DNA of 64,000 bases from Desulfomonilia bacterium (GCA_963664325.2 CAXXDQ010000003.1:192001-256000), one strand, 5' to 3'. Counted from the stretch's first letter, positions 37,791 through 47,731 are shown. Notes: generated from the letters alone by a model not told the origin. A program made the numbers and translations.

Positions 37791-37909
37791 GCCCGGCCCT
37801 ACAGCGGCATTTCATTACACAGCAGTTAAAGGTTTTATGCTTGATAGTGTGAAAAAGGCTGGGCCATCGGCTTATATGCTCTCAATATACAGCGGCATGA
37901 AATCTCGAC

Positions 37910-37940
37910 TTGACATATTATGTTGTGATTAACATAACAT
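37910..37940 (+). promoter_or_regulatory. Promoter with overlapping ModE-like palindrome
   Basis: TTGACA at 37910-37915, then perfect TTATGTT-gtgatt-AACATAA at 37918-37937; -10 is weak (CATAAC or TAACAT). Confidence 0.65.
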
Positions 37941-38002
37941 TCGGATTGCGGGATTTATTTTTTCCCGCATAGCAAAGAAAATGTGAAAGCAAGTGACGGG
38001 GA

Positions 38003-38022
38003 TTATGTTTAACGGGCAATAA
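38003..38022. promoter_or_regulatory. Second, degenerate ModE-like box
   Basis: TTATGTT-taacgg-GCAATAA with the same spacing as the 37918 box. Confidence 0.4.
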
Positions 38023-38060
38023 GCTTTGGCAAATCGATATTCTGTGGAAAAGAGGAACCC

Positions 38061-39539
38061 ATGAAAAATCACAAGATCTGGATCATGGCAACAGGAACCG
38101 TGCTCTTTATATGCGCCGCTTTTATATGCTACGCGGCATATACGCATGAAGGCGAGATCGATTCGCAAAAATTTCATGCCGTCTATCCCCGGACTGCAGG
38201 TACCAAACTTGACGATTGTTCCTTATGCCACAGGGGCGGCTCCAGTGTATCCGGAGGAAAAACGACTAACCTGGGCAGCTGCCAGTGGTGCCATTACAAG
38301 AGCAATTATGGCAAAACAGAAAAATATGATTATGCGGAAACCCTCAACAATTATGGGAAGGACTACCTCAGACAAGGCAGAAATGAAGCTGCAATAACGG
38401 CTATCCAGGATCTCGACTCCGATGGAGACGGGTACTCGAACAGAATAGAAATTGCCGCCCTCAGGTATCCCGGCGATCCGAATGACGACCCTGCGAAAGT
38501 TGCCGCACCTTCAAAGGTTTTCACGCGCGGGCAGCTTGAAGCCATGCCTCAACATACCCAGTTTCTCTTGTCTAATGCAAGCAAGTCAACAGATACCTAT
38601 GCCGAATACACTGGTGTTCCGATGGAGGACCTGTTGAAGCCGCTGTTGCTGCCATCGGCGACTGAAGTTACGGTCCTTTCCCCGGACGGTTACTCGCAAA
38701 CCCATCCATTCAATTATGATGCAACTCTCAACGTCTATTATGTGTACGGCAAATACCCTGCTGCAAAATTCTTTTATAACGATCAGGCCGACGTGGCAAA
38801 ACACCCTGAAACCGGATGGTGCGACTATTCGGCTCCATCGGTGGGGAAAAGGGTGAACGGTGATCGGATCGTCAACAAAGACGGGTTGAAGATGATACTT
38901 GCGTTCAAGAGGGATGGACAGTACCTGGCACCAGGCGTGCTGAATCTCCAGAATAAGCTAGATGGTGAGGGTCCCTTCAGAGTCGTCCCGCCCCAGAAGG
39001 TTGTCGGTCCTCCGGACCAGAGATCGACAGCGAAAAACGCACAGGACCCTGGTGCATGGATCTGGCCGTACCTGCCAAACGGGGACCACAATGTAGGAGC
39101 GTCGACCCGTTCTACAACAATCATGAGGGTAGGTCCCTTGCCAAAAGGGACAACCGACATTAATCTCCTCGAAGCCGGCTGGAACTATATCGGCCAGGAT
39201 AAAATCGTAATCTATGGGGCCATCAACCCGCTCGAAAACATCAATGAAAAGCTCATTCAACTGGCGGCCGCCATCGACTCAATGCCTCCGGAAAACTTTA
39301 CGACACCGACCGGGAAAGCGGCATTGAAGAGCAATGTGAAATCAGTACGGAAGATTCTTGATAAAGGTAATTACAGCGAGGCCTATCAGAAACTGCAGGA
39401 TGACATCATGGTTAAAATCAATATATGTAAAAATTCTGCTCATCCAGATGGAAGCGACTGGCTGAAAGACTGCGATACCCGGACAAAGCTCCACTGGGCT
39501 GTCAATGACATCATGGTGCTGCTGAAGATTTTACTATGA
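38061..39539 (+). CDS. Exported GEGP-motif diheme c-type cytochrome with a molybdopterin-oxidoreductase-like central domain
   Basis: Signal peptide; CSLCH and CQWCH; DSDGDGYSN Ca-binding-like loop; YTGVPMEDLL...SPDGYS...ILAFKRDG...DGEGPFRVVPPQ. Confidence 0.8.
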   Translation: MKNHKIWIMATGTVLFICAAFICYAAYTHEGEIDSQKFHAVYPRTAGTKLDDCSLCHRGGSSVSGGKTTNLGSCQWCHYKSNYGKTEKYDYAETLNNYGKDYLRQGRNEAAITAIQDLDSDGDGYSNRIEIAALRYPGDPNDDPAKVAAPSKVFTRGQLEAMPQHTQFLLSNASKSTDTYAEYTGVPMEDLLKPLLLPSATEVTVLSPDGYSQTHPFNYDATLNVYYVYGKYPAAKFFYNDQADVAKHPETGWCDYSAPSVGKRVNGDRIVNKDGLKMILAFKRDGQYLAPGVLNLQNKLDGEGPFRVVPPQKVVGPPDQRSTAKNAQDPGAWIWPYLPNGDHNVGASTRSTTIMRVGPLPKGTTDINLLEAGWNYIGQDKIVIYGAINPLENINEKLIQLAAAIDSMPPENFTTPTGKAALKSNVKSVRKILDKGNYSEAYQKLQDDIMVKINICKNSAHPDGSDWLKDCDTRTKLHWAVNDIMVLLKILL

Positions 39540-39553
39540 CCTGCTTAAATCAA

Positions 39554-40297
39554 TTATTCAAGGTGGTACGTGATGGGAATGACAAGCTGGGCCTCACCGG
39601 GCGGCCTGGGGAATGGTGCGGTGTCGCGGACAGTCTTGATGGCGCTTTTATCCAGCACTATATAGCCTGAACTTTGAATTATCTTGAATGCCCTTACAGA
39701 GCCATTATCCGTTATGACAAAGGAAAGAAGGACCTTTCCCTGCCAGCCCATCCGTCTGGCCATATCTGGGTAGCTGACGTTCCCCAGGATTTTATCCCGG
39801 ATATAGGCAAAATGTTCGTTTAAATATTTCGTCCTGGCCGATTCTATGCTACCGTCACCGTTGCCCATGCCTGGGTTCGTCCCCGTTCCTTCTTTTATTC
39901 CTCCTGCGATACCGGGAGAACCTTCCTTCATATCCTTTGCCTGATCCGATATTTCCGCTCCCATGGGGCTGCTTTCCAGATTATTGGCTTCCGGCAGTTT
40001 CTCCACCGGCGGGACTTCCTGTACAGAGGATTTCCGGGGGGCCTCTTCCGGTTGCGGGGGAGGTTCTTCTTTCTTCATGACTGGACGGACTGCGGGACTA
40101 ATCAATTTTGTATTCATCAAAGGTGTCGGAACAAGCTCCTCGACCTTCTTGACTTCGGGAGGGGGCTTCAGCAGATCAAAATCCATGACCCTAGCCTTCT
40201 TGTATTGCCCCAGGAAAAGACTTCCAATGACGGCAAGGACAATAATTGCGGTATGAAGCAGGAAGGATATCTGGAAGGCTCTGGTCTGGTAGTTCAT
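39554..40297 (-). CDS. tonB: Energy transducer TonB
   Basis: N-terminal TM with S..LH, Pro/Glu-rich linker, YPDMARRMGWQGKV...SSG..VLD. Confidence 0.92.
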   Translation of the reverse strand: MNYQTRAFQISFLLHTAIIVLAVIGSLFLGQYKKARVMDFDLLKPPPEVKKVEELVPTPLMNTKLISPAVRPVMKKEEPPPQPEEAPRKSSVQEVPPVEKLPEANNLESSPMGAEISDQAKDMKEGSPGIAGGIKEGTGTNPGMGNGDGSIESARTKYLNEHFAYIRDKILGNVSYPDMARRMGWQGKVLLSFVITDNGSVRAFKIIQSSGYIVLDKSAIKTVRDTAPFPRPPGEAQLVIPITYHLE

Positions 40298-40680
40298 GGA
40301 CCTTCCTCAGTCTGGAGACTGATGCGTTTAAATTCAAGCCCTTTGATAACGTCCAGGACGCTGACGAAGTTTTGAAGGATGATGCTGCGGTCCGCCCTGA
40401 TCAGGACAGGGGCTTTTTTGTTCATGTTTCCCAGATCGCTTTTCAATTCCTCCAGAGATACAAGTCTGGAGTTCAAATAAATTTTTCCGGCCTTATCGAT
40501 TTCAATCGTCTGGGTTTTCAGTATCTCCCCCGAGCTTCTATGGGCTTTGGGCAGGTCCATGGGGATCATTCCGCTGGCTATAAATGAAGAGGTCGTGAGC
40601 ACAATCGTAAGGAGCACTAGCATGACGTCGACCAGAGGAATGACATTGATGTAGTCAAACTCTTTTTCTTTCATGTTCAA
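40294..40680 (-). CDS. exbD: Biopolymer transporter ExbD
   Basis: INVIPLVDVMLVLL, DLPKA and IRAD motifs. Confidence 0.93.
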   Translation of the reverse strand: MNMKEKEFDYINVIPLVDVMLVLLTIVLTTSSFIASGMIPMDLPKAHRSSGEILKTQTIEIDKAGKIYLNSRLVSLEELKSDLGNMNKKAPVLIRADRSIILQNFVSVLDVIKGLEFKRISLQTEEGP

Positions 40681-41089
40681 TTTCCCAGCTCATTTGCAGG
40701 ACCTTAACTTTTCTCAAGAGAAAATTGTACAGGGAGACAGCGGGGATGGCCACCAGAAGACCTACGGCAGTGGCCTTCAATGCCAGCGCCAGACCTACCA
40801 TTATCTTTCCCGTATCCATAAAACCTTCCTTTCCGATCATGTAAAAGGTAAGCATGATGCCCAGAACAGTTCCCAGAAGGCCGATGTACGGTGCATTGCT
40901 GCCGATGGTTGCAATGAGGTGGATTTTTCTGGTGAGCTCAAGTTCCAGACTCTTTTGATCCGGGTAAGCGTCAAGTTTTACATGTTTAAAAAAATAAAAC
41001 CTTTCGATGGCAACTCCGATGGCAATGATGCTCAGGAAGATCAGAAAACCTATGATTCCATAATCTACGACAGCTTTAAGCCATTCCAT
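40655..41089 (-). CDS. exbB: TonB-system energizer ExbB (short form)
   Basis: LIATIGSNAPYIGLLGTVLGIM and LALALKATAVGLLVAIP motifs. Confidence 0.93.
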   Translation of the reverse strand: MEWLKAVVDYGIIGFLIFLSIIAIGVAIERFYFFKHVKLDAYPDQKSLELELTRKIHLIATIGSNAPYIGLLGTVLGIMLTFYMIGKEGFMDTGKIMVGLALALKATAVGLLVAIPAVSLYNFLLRKVKVLQMSWEIEHERKRV

Positions 41090-41145
41090 TTTCTCTCCTC
41101 TGTCTGCACCTATTTATAGGGCACAGGTGCATATATGTAATCCTT

Positions 41146-43569
41146 CTAAAAGCTTGCCCTTGCGCCTGCATACCACATTCGGCCGGGGCCGGGGTTGAAC
41201 GGGTCGGCGTTATAATCATCAAGTATATTTTTGCACATTATATATGCCTCGTAGTGTTTTAAAAATTTCTGTGAAAGCTTGACGTCTATTGAAATGGGAT
41301 TGTGGAGTTCCTGTTCATAGAAGTATGATGTGGAAAAAGGATCGGTGGATTTAGGTACGGATGCCATTACATACTGGATCTGATTATATTCCATATAGCC
41401 GAAAATGACCAGGCTTGTGCCTGTTTTAAAATATGTCCTCAAGTCAAAGGTTATTTTATGTTCAGGGAACTTCTCAAATTTATCGCCTTTATTTATAAAG
41501 GAATCGTCGATATCCGCCTGATTCCTGGCAAAGATATAGGTGTATGAAGGCGAGAAACTGACATCCGCTATATTGAAGACATCCATAAGATTCAAATTCA
41601 GTGTTGCCTCTAAACCGTGTATGACTGCAGAATCAATATTTCTGTATATATAGTCGTCGATCTTCGTAATATAAATTTTTGTGATTTTATCTTTATAATT
41701 GCTGTAAAAATAATCCCCGCCGAATGTCAGTTGCTTATCAAATAATGAGAGTTCAAAGCCCAGATCAACATTGATCATTTTTTCGGGTTGAATAATAACA
41801 TCCCTGCTTCCCAAGTCAGATGAAGTCTGATAGGGAGACAACGTTTTAGAATATGCCTGAAGCGTAGGGAAAGACGTTTTCCTGGATGCGGCAGCCTTGA
41901 GTTTTAAAACGTCCTTTACAGGCTCATATAAAATGTCTCCAACGGGATTGAAGGAATCGCGCGTCCCCCAAAGCGTGGAATCATCCGCGGCAATGTACTG
42001 GTCTACCATTTCCGTGCTTCCGTCAATTCCAAGTTTTCTCTGGTAATTTATTAGATCCTGGGCATCATAAGAAACTCCTAGCGTCAGATCTATATCTTTC
42101 ATTATATGCAGTTCGTCTTCAATGGCGCATGTAAGATAAGCGGCCCCGATTTCCAGTGTTTTGTATTTTCCTGTGCCGTAATATTTAATGGTTGTTGTTG
42201 ACTCATCATTGTATGCCTGTTCCTCTTCCAGATGATTGTTTACATAATATAGGAAAGCAAAGTTCAACCTGTTCCATGACGAAAGTTTGTATGAAGGATA
42301 TATGTTGAATCCATAGGTGCTGCTCGTCCATATGGACCATGTCATGGTGTCTGTATCCCTATGATATGCCAGAACTTTTTCCAGAGGATCGGCATAAGCC
42401 ATAAACTTGTTGGTATTTTCATAGTAGTAAGCATTGGCTTTCAATCCGAAGCCGCCTTTCTCGAAAATTATATATGGAGATACGGCGAAATCATTGTATT
42501 CGGGCCAGCTGCTTGAAATGTTGCGCAGGATATACGTGGTGTCAGGCAGTAGCCAGCCTTTCTCCTTTGTATAATCGTTATAAGTATACATGCTTCTCAT
42601 ATCTGTAAAGTAAGAGCTGTTTTCCATTTGAGTCAGATTATAAAAACCCGTTGCCCCTATATCCAGTTCAGGCGTTATATGGTATCCGACTTTACCGTTC
42701 AGTTTGTATTTTTCGTGCCCTATGTGATCCCATATCCCTGATTCATTCAGATAATAAGTGGCTGCGGAACTGCTTGGATGAGAGTAGATATCATTCAGGG
42801 TAAATCCGTAAAGATCATAACGGGAAAGCTTTAAAAGCCAGTCCTCACGTTCCTGGCGGTCGAGTTTATCTGATACCTTATACCCGTCCGACTTGTCATA
42901 CATGGCGGAGAACTGATAGTAAAAGTTACCAATAGGCGCACCATGAGCTATGCTTGCAACGAAGTTATTATATTCGCCATACTCTGCGGTGACATCAAGG
43001 TAAAGTTTAGTTGGTTTTTTTCTGATGAGATTGATTGAACCGACGGCGCCCTTCGTGCCGTACAAAGCAGACGTCGTGCCGCGGCTTACAATGATCTCCG
43101 CTATATCCGTCAGGCCTATGTTATCAATGTCCATGGTTCCGTTGAAGGAATCGATCAGAGGAATGTCATCCACCATTATGGCTACCTTTGACATGTCATA
43201 TCCGCGCATGTAAAACTGGGTAGTCCCTTTTCTCTGCGTTGAGACCTGAATGCCCGGCACCTGATACAGGACGTCCTTAAGCACTTTATCGCTTCTCTCT
43301 TCTATATCTTCTTCGGTAACCTCGGTTGTTGCGCCCCCTTTTACTATCTTGCCTTTATCAATATCTTTAATGCGGCGTTCCTTGACGACAATTTCCTCAA
43401 GCTGATATTCATTATCGGTTTTAGTTTTTTTGACCGGTTTGTCCTGTTTTTCCGAAGGCTGGTTTTGTGATTGCACTTCACCTGCTTTTTCGGTCTTGTT
43501 CGTTTCCTGTGCCATTAATTGTACACCATACACAAACAGCAACAGTGTTATCAGACTTAATAATCTCAT
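41146..43569 (-). CDS. TonB-dependent outer-membrane receptor
   Basis: Signal peptide from ATG 43569, TonB box LEEIVV, plug (QVPGI, MRG, G..SALYG..GAVGSINLI), NILDD...PGR and terminal Phe. The upstream ATG at 43635 lies inside a hairpin. Confidence 0.92.
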   Translation of the reverse strand: MRLLSLITLLLFVYGVQLMAQETNKTEKAGEVQSQNQPSEKQDKPVKKTKTDNEYQLEEIVVKERRIKDIDKGKIVKGGATTEVTEEDIEERSDKVLKDVLYQVPGIQVSTQRKGTTQFYMRGYDMSKVAIMVDDIPLIDSFNGTMDIDNIGLTDIAEIIVSRGTTSALYGTKGAVGSINLIRKKPTKLYLDVTAEYGEYNNFVASIAHGAPIGNFYYQFSAMYDKSDGYKVSDKLDRQEREDWLLKLSRYDLYGFTLNDIYSHPSSSAATYYLNESGIWDHIGHEKYKLNGKVGYHITPELDIGATGFYNLTQMENSSYFTDMRSMYTYNDYTKEKGWLLPDTTYILRNISSSWPEYNDFAVSPYIIFEKGGFGLKANAYYYENTNKFMAYADPLEKVLAYHRDTDTMTWSIWTSSTYGFNIYPSYKLSSWNRLNFAFLYYVNNHLEEEQAYNDESTTTIKYYGTGKYKTLEIGAAYLTCAIEDELHIMKDIDLTLGVSYDAQDLINYQRKLGIDGSTEMVDQYIAADDSTLWGTRDSFNPVGDILYEPVKDVLKLKAAASRKTSFPTLQAYSKTLSPYQTSSDLGSRDVIIQPEKMINVDLGFELSLFDKQLTFGGDYFYSNYKDKITKIYITKIDDYIYRNIDSAVIHGLEATLNLNLMDVFNIADVSFSPSYTYIFARNQADIDDSFINKGDKFEKFPEHKITFDLRTYFKTGTSLVIFGYMEYNQIQYVMASVPKSTDPFSTSYFYEQELHNPISIDVKLSQKFLKHYEAYIMCKNILDDYNADPFNPGPGRMWYAGARASF

Positions 43570-43606
43570 TGTTGCATCCCTATGCCCAGAATCTATTTTT
43601 GCTGAG

Positions 43607-43672
43607 AAAATGAATGCCGGTAGATATACCGGCATTCATTAGTGTTTATTCGGTATGATATCAACCGAATAA
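43607..43672 (-). terminator. Two tandem hairpins between the lipoprotein genes and the receptor
   Basis: aatgaatgccggta-gata-taccggcattcatt (perfect 14 bp, 43609-43640) and ttattcggt-N9-accgaataa. Confidence 0.6.
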
Positions 43673-43681
43673 AATTAGTTC

Positions 43682-44920
43682 TTATTCATCATATGCTTTC
43701 GTGTAAGCCGGGGGATTCTTGGCTGAATAGTCATACGCAACGGTAGAACCGCTGATGAGCTCTATCCTGACCGGGAAATTGACCTTGGTGCCGCTGATAA
43801 CTTTATTGGAGGAGTCAACCTGGACAATGAAATCATAATCAACCAGATAATAGGCCTGCTGCATTTTTGCGTACGTCCAGCCGTTTTTATAGGTACCATC
43901 CAGGGCAACGATCTTATAGGTATAGTTCCCCGGTACATTGGTGACATAATCTGTAAGGAACTGTGTCAGTGGAATAACCTTGACATTGGTGTACGTTCCA
44001 AAGCTCTTCGTTTCGTAATTGAATTTTGTAGTCCACAGGCCAGTGTTTGCATGGAAGAATGTGTCATCCACATAGTTGTCGGTGGTTGCCTGGACTTCAA
44101 AGGTGGCAATTGTCCCGGTTGCATCCGGTCTCTTAACATCGATCTTACGGAACATATATATGTCATAGGCATACTTCGTATTATGTTTACTGGCAACACC
44201 GACTGATGCCGGTAAAAATACCCTTCCACTATAGTGCAGATCCAGCAGATATCCCTGGATAAACTGATCCCATCTCAGGTCGGGGGTATAAAGAGCCAGT
44301 TCGAGAAAATGCGTTCTTATGCTGAAACCATCCATATTGGACCTAGTGAACAGCGAATATAATGCCCGGGCATCATTGGTTCCCAATGCTTTATCAGGAT
44401 CCGGGGTCGCTGCATTCACTGTGGCTTTGTTCACGAACTGGTCCAGTGAATATCCTGAAACATATACTGGCGGGGGACCGGCATTATAAAGGATATTATT
44501 CGTCAGCACATAGCCGGAAAACAGGTCTGCCGCCTCATCTGGCCAGGGAGATGCGTGACTCAGTGAATATGAATATTGATCCGGGAGGGTATAGTGCAGA
44601 TAGCTGGCAATACCGACAATAACCCTTATGTTCCACGATTTGCTTGAAGATGAACTGCCAGTTTCTTTAACTGTAAGTATGTGGTCGCCGACCTCCGCAT
44701 CCGTCGGTGCATAGGTGTATGTCTTGCCTGTCGCCACCTGCACGTCATCCATATACCATGATGTGGCTGATGTGGCTGTTACGGTGAAGGCCTGGGTCTT
44801 ACCGGCCACAACAACAACCACGCTCTTGTTGCTGGGCGTTACAGCTGTGATGCACCCGCTTATCAATGCTGCCAGAGTAATCAGCATGATCAGACACAAA
44901 ACACTCTTTCGGTTTTTCAT
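43682..44920 (-). CDS. Lipoprotein paralog 1: one Ig-like repeat plus unassigned ~300 aa domain
   Basis: Lipobox LISGC; GGAGG RBS; C-terminal domain highly similar to the two adjacent genes. Confidence 0.85.
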   Translation of the reverse strand: MKNRKSVLCLIMLITLAALISGCITAVTPSNKSVVVVVAGKTQAFTVTATSATSWYMDDVQVATGKTYTYAPTDAEVGDHILTVKETGSSSSSKSWNIRVIVGIASYLHYTLPDQYSYSLSHASPWPDEAADLFSGYVLTNNILYNAGPPPVYVSGYSLDQFVNKATVNAATPDPDKALGTNDARALYSLFTRSNMDGFSIRTHFLELALYTPDLRWDQFIQGYLLDLHYSGRVFLPASVGVASKHNTKYAYDIYMFRKIDVKRPDATGTIATFEVQATTDNYVDDTFFHANTGLWTTKFNYETKSFGTYTNVKVIPLTQFLTDYVTNVPGNYTYKIVALDGTYKNGWTYAKMQQAYYLVDYDFIVQVDSSNKVISGTKVNFPVRIELISGSTVAYDYSAKNPPAYTKAYDE

Positions 44921-45039
44921 TTTTACCCTCCTTAGTTCTTGATCTTGTCCTGGGTTTTAAATTTCTCTGCCCTTGTCATGTTCACGGGCCTGTCAGTGAC
45001 GTTCTCCTGCCCTTGGATCAAATTCCATACTACAATCTG

Positions 45040-45091
45040 AAAAAAAGCAGCCGTGCATGCCGGCTGTTAACATGCATGCAGGGCTGCTTTT
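45040..45091 (-). terminator. Terminator-like hairpin between lipoprotein paralogs
   Basis: aaaagcagcc.tgcatg...catgca.ggctgctttt with an A7 tract (U-tract on minus strand). Confidence 0.6.
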
Positions 45092-45125
45092 GCTGCACTA
45101 CTGTCCAAACAGCATAAGCAAATTA

Positions 45126-46607
45126 TCAAAACGCCGCAAAAGCAGGCGCGGCTTTGGCGGAATAGCTGTACGCAACCGGGGATGGGCTGATGAGTTCAAT
45201 CCTGACCGGGAAATTGATCTTGGTGCCGCTGATCTCATTGTTTGAGCCGTCAACCTGGACAATCAGATCATAGTCCACCAGATAATAGGCCTGCTGCATT
45301 TCGGTATACGTCCATCCGTCCTTTGAGGAGCCGTCTACGGCGACTATCTTATAGGTGTAGTCCGCCGGCACATCGGTGACATAATCCGTAAGGAACTGTG
45401 TCAACGGGATGACCCTTGCATCCGTGTAAGTCCCGAAGCTCTTGGTTTCGTATGTAAATTTCGTGGTCCATAAGCCGGTCAAGGTGTGATAGGCAGTATC
45501 GTCCACATAGTTGGATGTAGTGGCCTGAACTTCAAAGGTGGCAATTGTCCCTGTTGCATCAGGTCTCTTCACATCGATCCTGCGGAACATGTAGATGTCA
45601 TATGCCCACTTGTTATTATACTTTTTAGCAACGCCGGTGGATGTCGGGAAGAATGCCCTTCCGTCGTAGTCTATCCTCAGCAGATATCCCAGGATGAACT
45701 GGTCCCATCTCAGATCAGTAGTGTATGTTCCCGAACCGACGAACTGTGTACGGGTGGTGAAGCCGTCATTGTTGGAACGGGTTACTAAAGAATACAGAGT
45801 CCTGGCATCATTCGTCCCCAATACCCCGTCAGGGTCCGGTGTCGCTGCATTTACCACATCCTGGTCAACAAACTGGTTAAGAGCATATCCTGAAACATAT
45901 ACTGCCGGTGGTCCAGCAGAATACAGAATATTGTCTGTCAGTGTATAGTCGGAAAACAGTGCGGAGTGCTCATCTTCAAGTGTACCTCCACCATTTTTGT
46001 ATGCTAGTTGATCAGGGAAGTTATAGTGCAGATAACCGGCAACGCCAATGATAACCCTTACGTTCCATATCCTGCTCTGGGTGAAAGGACCGTTCTCCTG
46101 TACTTTGACTATATGGTCGCCGAGGTCTGCGTCTATCGGCGCATAGGTGTAGGCGCTCCCATCCGCCACCTTCACGTCATCAAGATACCATGATGTGGCT
46201 GATGTACAAGTGGCAGTGAAGTCCTGTGTCTGGCCGCTCACGACAACGACCACGCTTGCATTTTCAGGCGAAATCGCCGAGAACCCGTCTACCGATATGT
46301 TCCATGTCCTTATTTGGGCAAAAATACCAACGCCGTTATACCCTTTTTCTTTCACTACCAGCACGTGATTCCCGACCTCTGCATCTGTTGGTGCATAGGT
46401 GTAGGCGCTCCCATCCGCAACCTTTACGTCATCAAGATACCATGATGTGGCTTCTGTGGCAGTGACAGCGAAGTCCATTGTTGTACCACTGGCGATACTG
46501 ATCACGTTTGTGTAGTCAGGGGTAGCCTTCAAGATACACCCGTTCAGCAGGACAACTGCAATGAACAAGAACAGAACTCCCGATAATCTCCTCTCAAATC
46601 TTTCCAT
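45126..46607 (-). CDS. Lipoprotein paralog 2: two Ig-like repeats plus unassigned ~300 aa domain
   Basis: Lipobox LLNGC; AAGGAG RBS; ATSWYLDDVKVADGSAYTYAP occurs twice. Confidence 0.85.
   Translation of the reverse strand: MERFERRLSGVLFLFIAVVLLNGCILKATPDYTNVISIASGTTMDFAVTATEATSWYLDDVKVADGSAYTYAPTDAEVGNHVLVVKEKGYNGVGIFAQIRTWNISVDGFSAISPENASVVVVVSGQTQDFTATCTSATSWYLDDVKVADGSAYTYAPIDADLGDHIVKVQENGPFTQSRIWNVRVIIGVAGYLHYNFPDQLAYKNGGGTLEDEHSALFSDYTLTDNILYSAGPPAVYVSGYALNQFVDQDVVNAATPDPDGVLGTNDARTLYSLVTRSNNDGFTTRTQFVGSGTYTTDLRWDQFILGYLLRIDYDGRAFFPTSTGVAKKYNNKWAYDIYMFRRIDVKRPDATGTIATFEVQATTSNYVDDTAYHTLTGLWTTKFTYETKSFGTYTDARVIPLTQFLTDYVTDVPADYTYKIVAVDGSSKDGWTYTEMQQAYYLVDYDLIVQVDGSNNEISGTKINFPVRIELISPSPVAYSYSAKAAPAFAAF
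46141..46452. repeat. Intragenic direct repeat (60-bp cores 252 bp apart)
   Basis: 46141-46200 and 46393-46452 differ at only 2 positions; they encode the duplicated stalk module. Confidence 0.85.
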
Positions 46608-46666
46608 AACACTCTCCTTATATTTTTTTGAAATTATTTACCTAATATCTGAAAAACCAAATTCTG

Positions 46667-47731
46667 TTATTTTTCATCATATGCCTTTGCATAAGCCGGG
46701 GGATTTTTTGCAGAATAGTCATACTCAACAGGTGAACCGCTGATCAATTCAATCCTGACAGGATAATTTATCTTTGTACCGCTGACCACATTATTGGAAG
46801 CGTCAACCCTGATAATCAAGTCATAATCCGGCAAATAATAAGCCTGCTGCATATCGGCATAGGTCCAGCCGTTTTTATAGGTGCCGTCCAAGGCAATGAT
46901 CTTATAGGTAAAGCTTCCCGGTTTATCAGTAACATAATCAGTCAGGAACTGTTTCAATGGGATGACCTTTACATCCGTGTAATCTCCAAAGCTCACGGTT
47001 CCTACAGTGAATTTGGTAGTCCATAAGCCAGTGATAGAGTGATAGTATGTGTCATCCACATAGCTGTCGGCGGTTGCCTGGACTTCAAAGGTAGCAAGCG
47101 AGCCGGCTGCATCAGGTCTTTTCACGTCGATCTTGCGAAACATATACATGTCATAGGCATATTTATTATTATGTTTTTTCACAACACCGACTGATGCCGG
47201 GTAAAATACCCTTCCGCTATAATTCATGTCCAGCAGATAGCCCTGGATAAACTGGTCCCATCTCAGATCGGCAGTATATATTCCTAAACTCAGGAAATGA
47301 GAGCGGATGCTGAATCCATCCATGTTAGAGCGAACCAGTACAGAATATAATGCTCTGGCATCATTCGTTACCAATATGCCGTCAGGGTCCGGGGTTGCCT
47401 CATTTACGGCAGCTTTGTCTACAAACTGACCCAGCGCATATCCTGAAATCAGCGATCCGTCCTGATAAAGAATTGAATTTGTAAGGGCATAGCCGGAGAA
47501 AAGGGTTGCCGCCTCATCTGCAGCTTGACCTCCATTTTGCACATACGAATATTGATCCGGCAGGGTGTAGTGTAAAAATTGAGGTGCGATGCCGTCATAA
47601 GGCGTATTTTCAGAAGGCGTGTTAACACTGTCGCTTCCTCCTCCTCCGCCACCGCCTCCGCCGCAGGCGCTCAGAAATAGTGCAAGCAATAAAACAAAAA
47701 GCAATTTGGATATTTTGTTCATATGTAACAC
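46667..47731 (-). CDS. Lipoprotein paralog 3: Gly linker, no Ig repeat, plus unassigned ~300 aa domain
   Basis: Lipobox LSAC followed by G9 linker; same C-terminal domain; start probably the later Met (MNKISK). Confidence 0.85.
   Translation of the reverse strand: MLHMNKISKLLFVLLLALFLSACGGGGGGGGGSDSVNTPSENTPYDGIAPQFLHYTLPDQYSYVQNGGQAADEAATLFSGYALTNSILYQDGSLISGYALGQFVDKAAVNEATPDPDGILVTNDARALYSVLVRSNMDGFSIRSHFLSLGIYTADLRWDQFIQGYLLDMNYSGRVFYPASVGVVKKHNNKYAYDMYMFRKIDVKRPDAAGSLATFEVQATADSYVDDTYYHSITGLWTTKFTVGTVSFGDYTDVKVIPLKQFLTDYVTDKPGSFTYKIIALDGTYKNGWTYADMQQAYYLPDYDLIIRVDASNNVVSGTKINYPVRIELISGSPVEYDYSAKNPPAYAKAYDEK

Noticed and set aside
37871-37894. Additional ModE-like site ttatatgctctcaatatac
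   Set aside because: Half-site spacing is one base off from the other four boxes.
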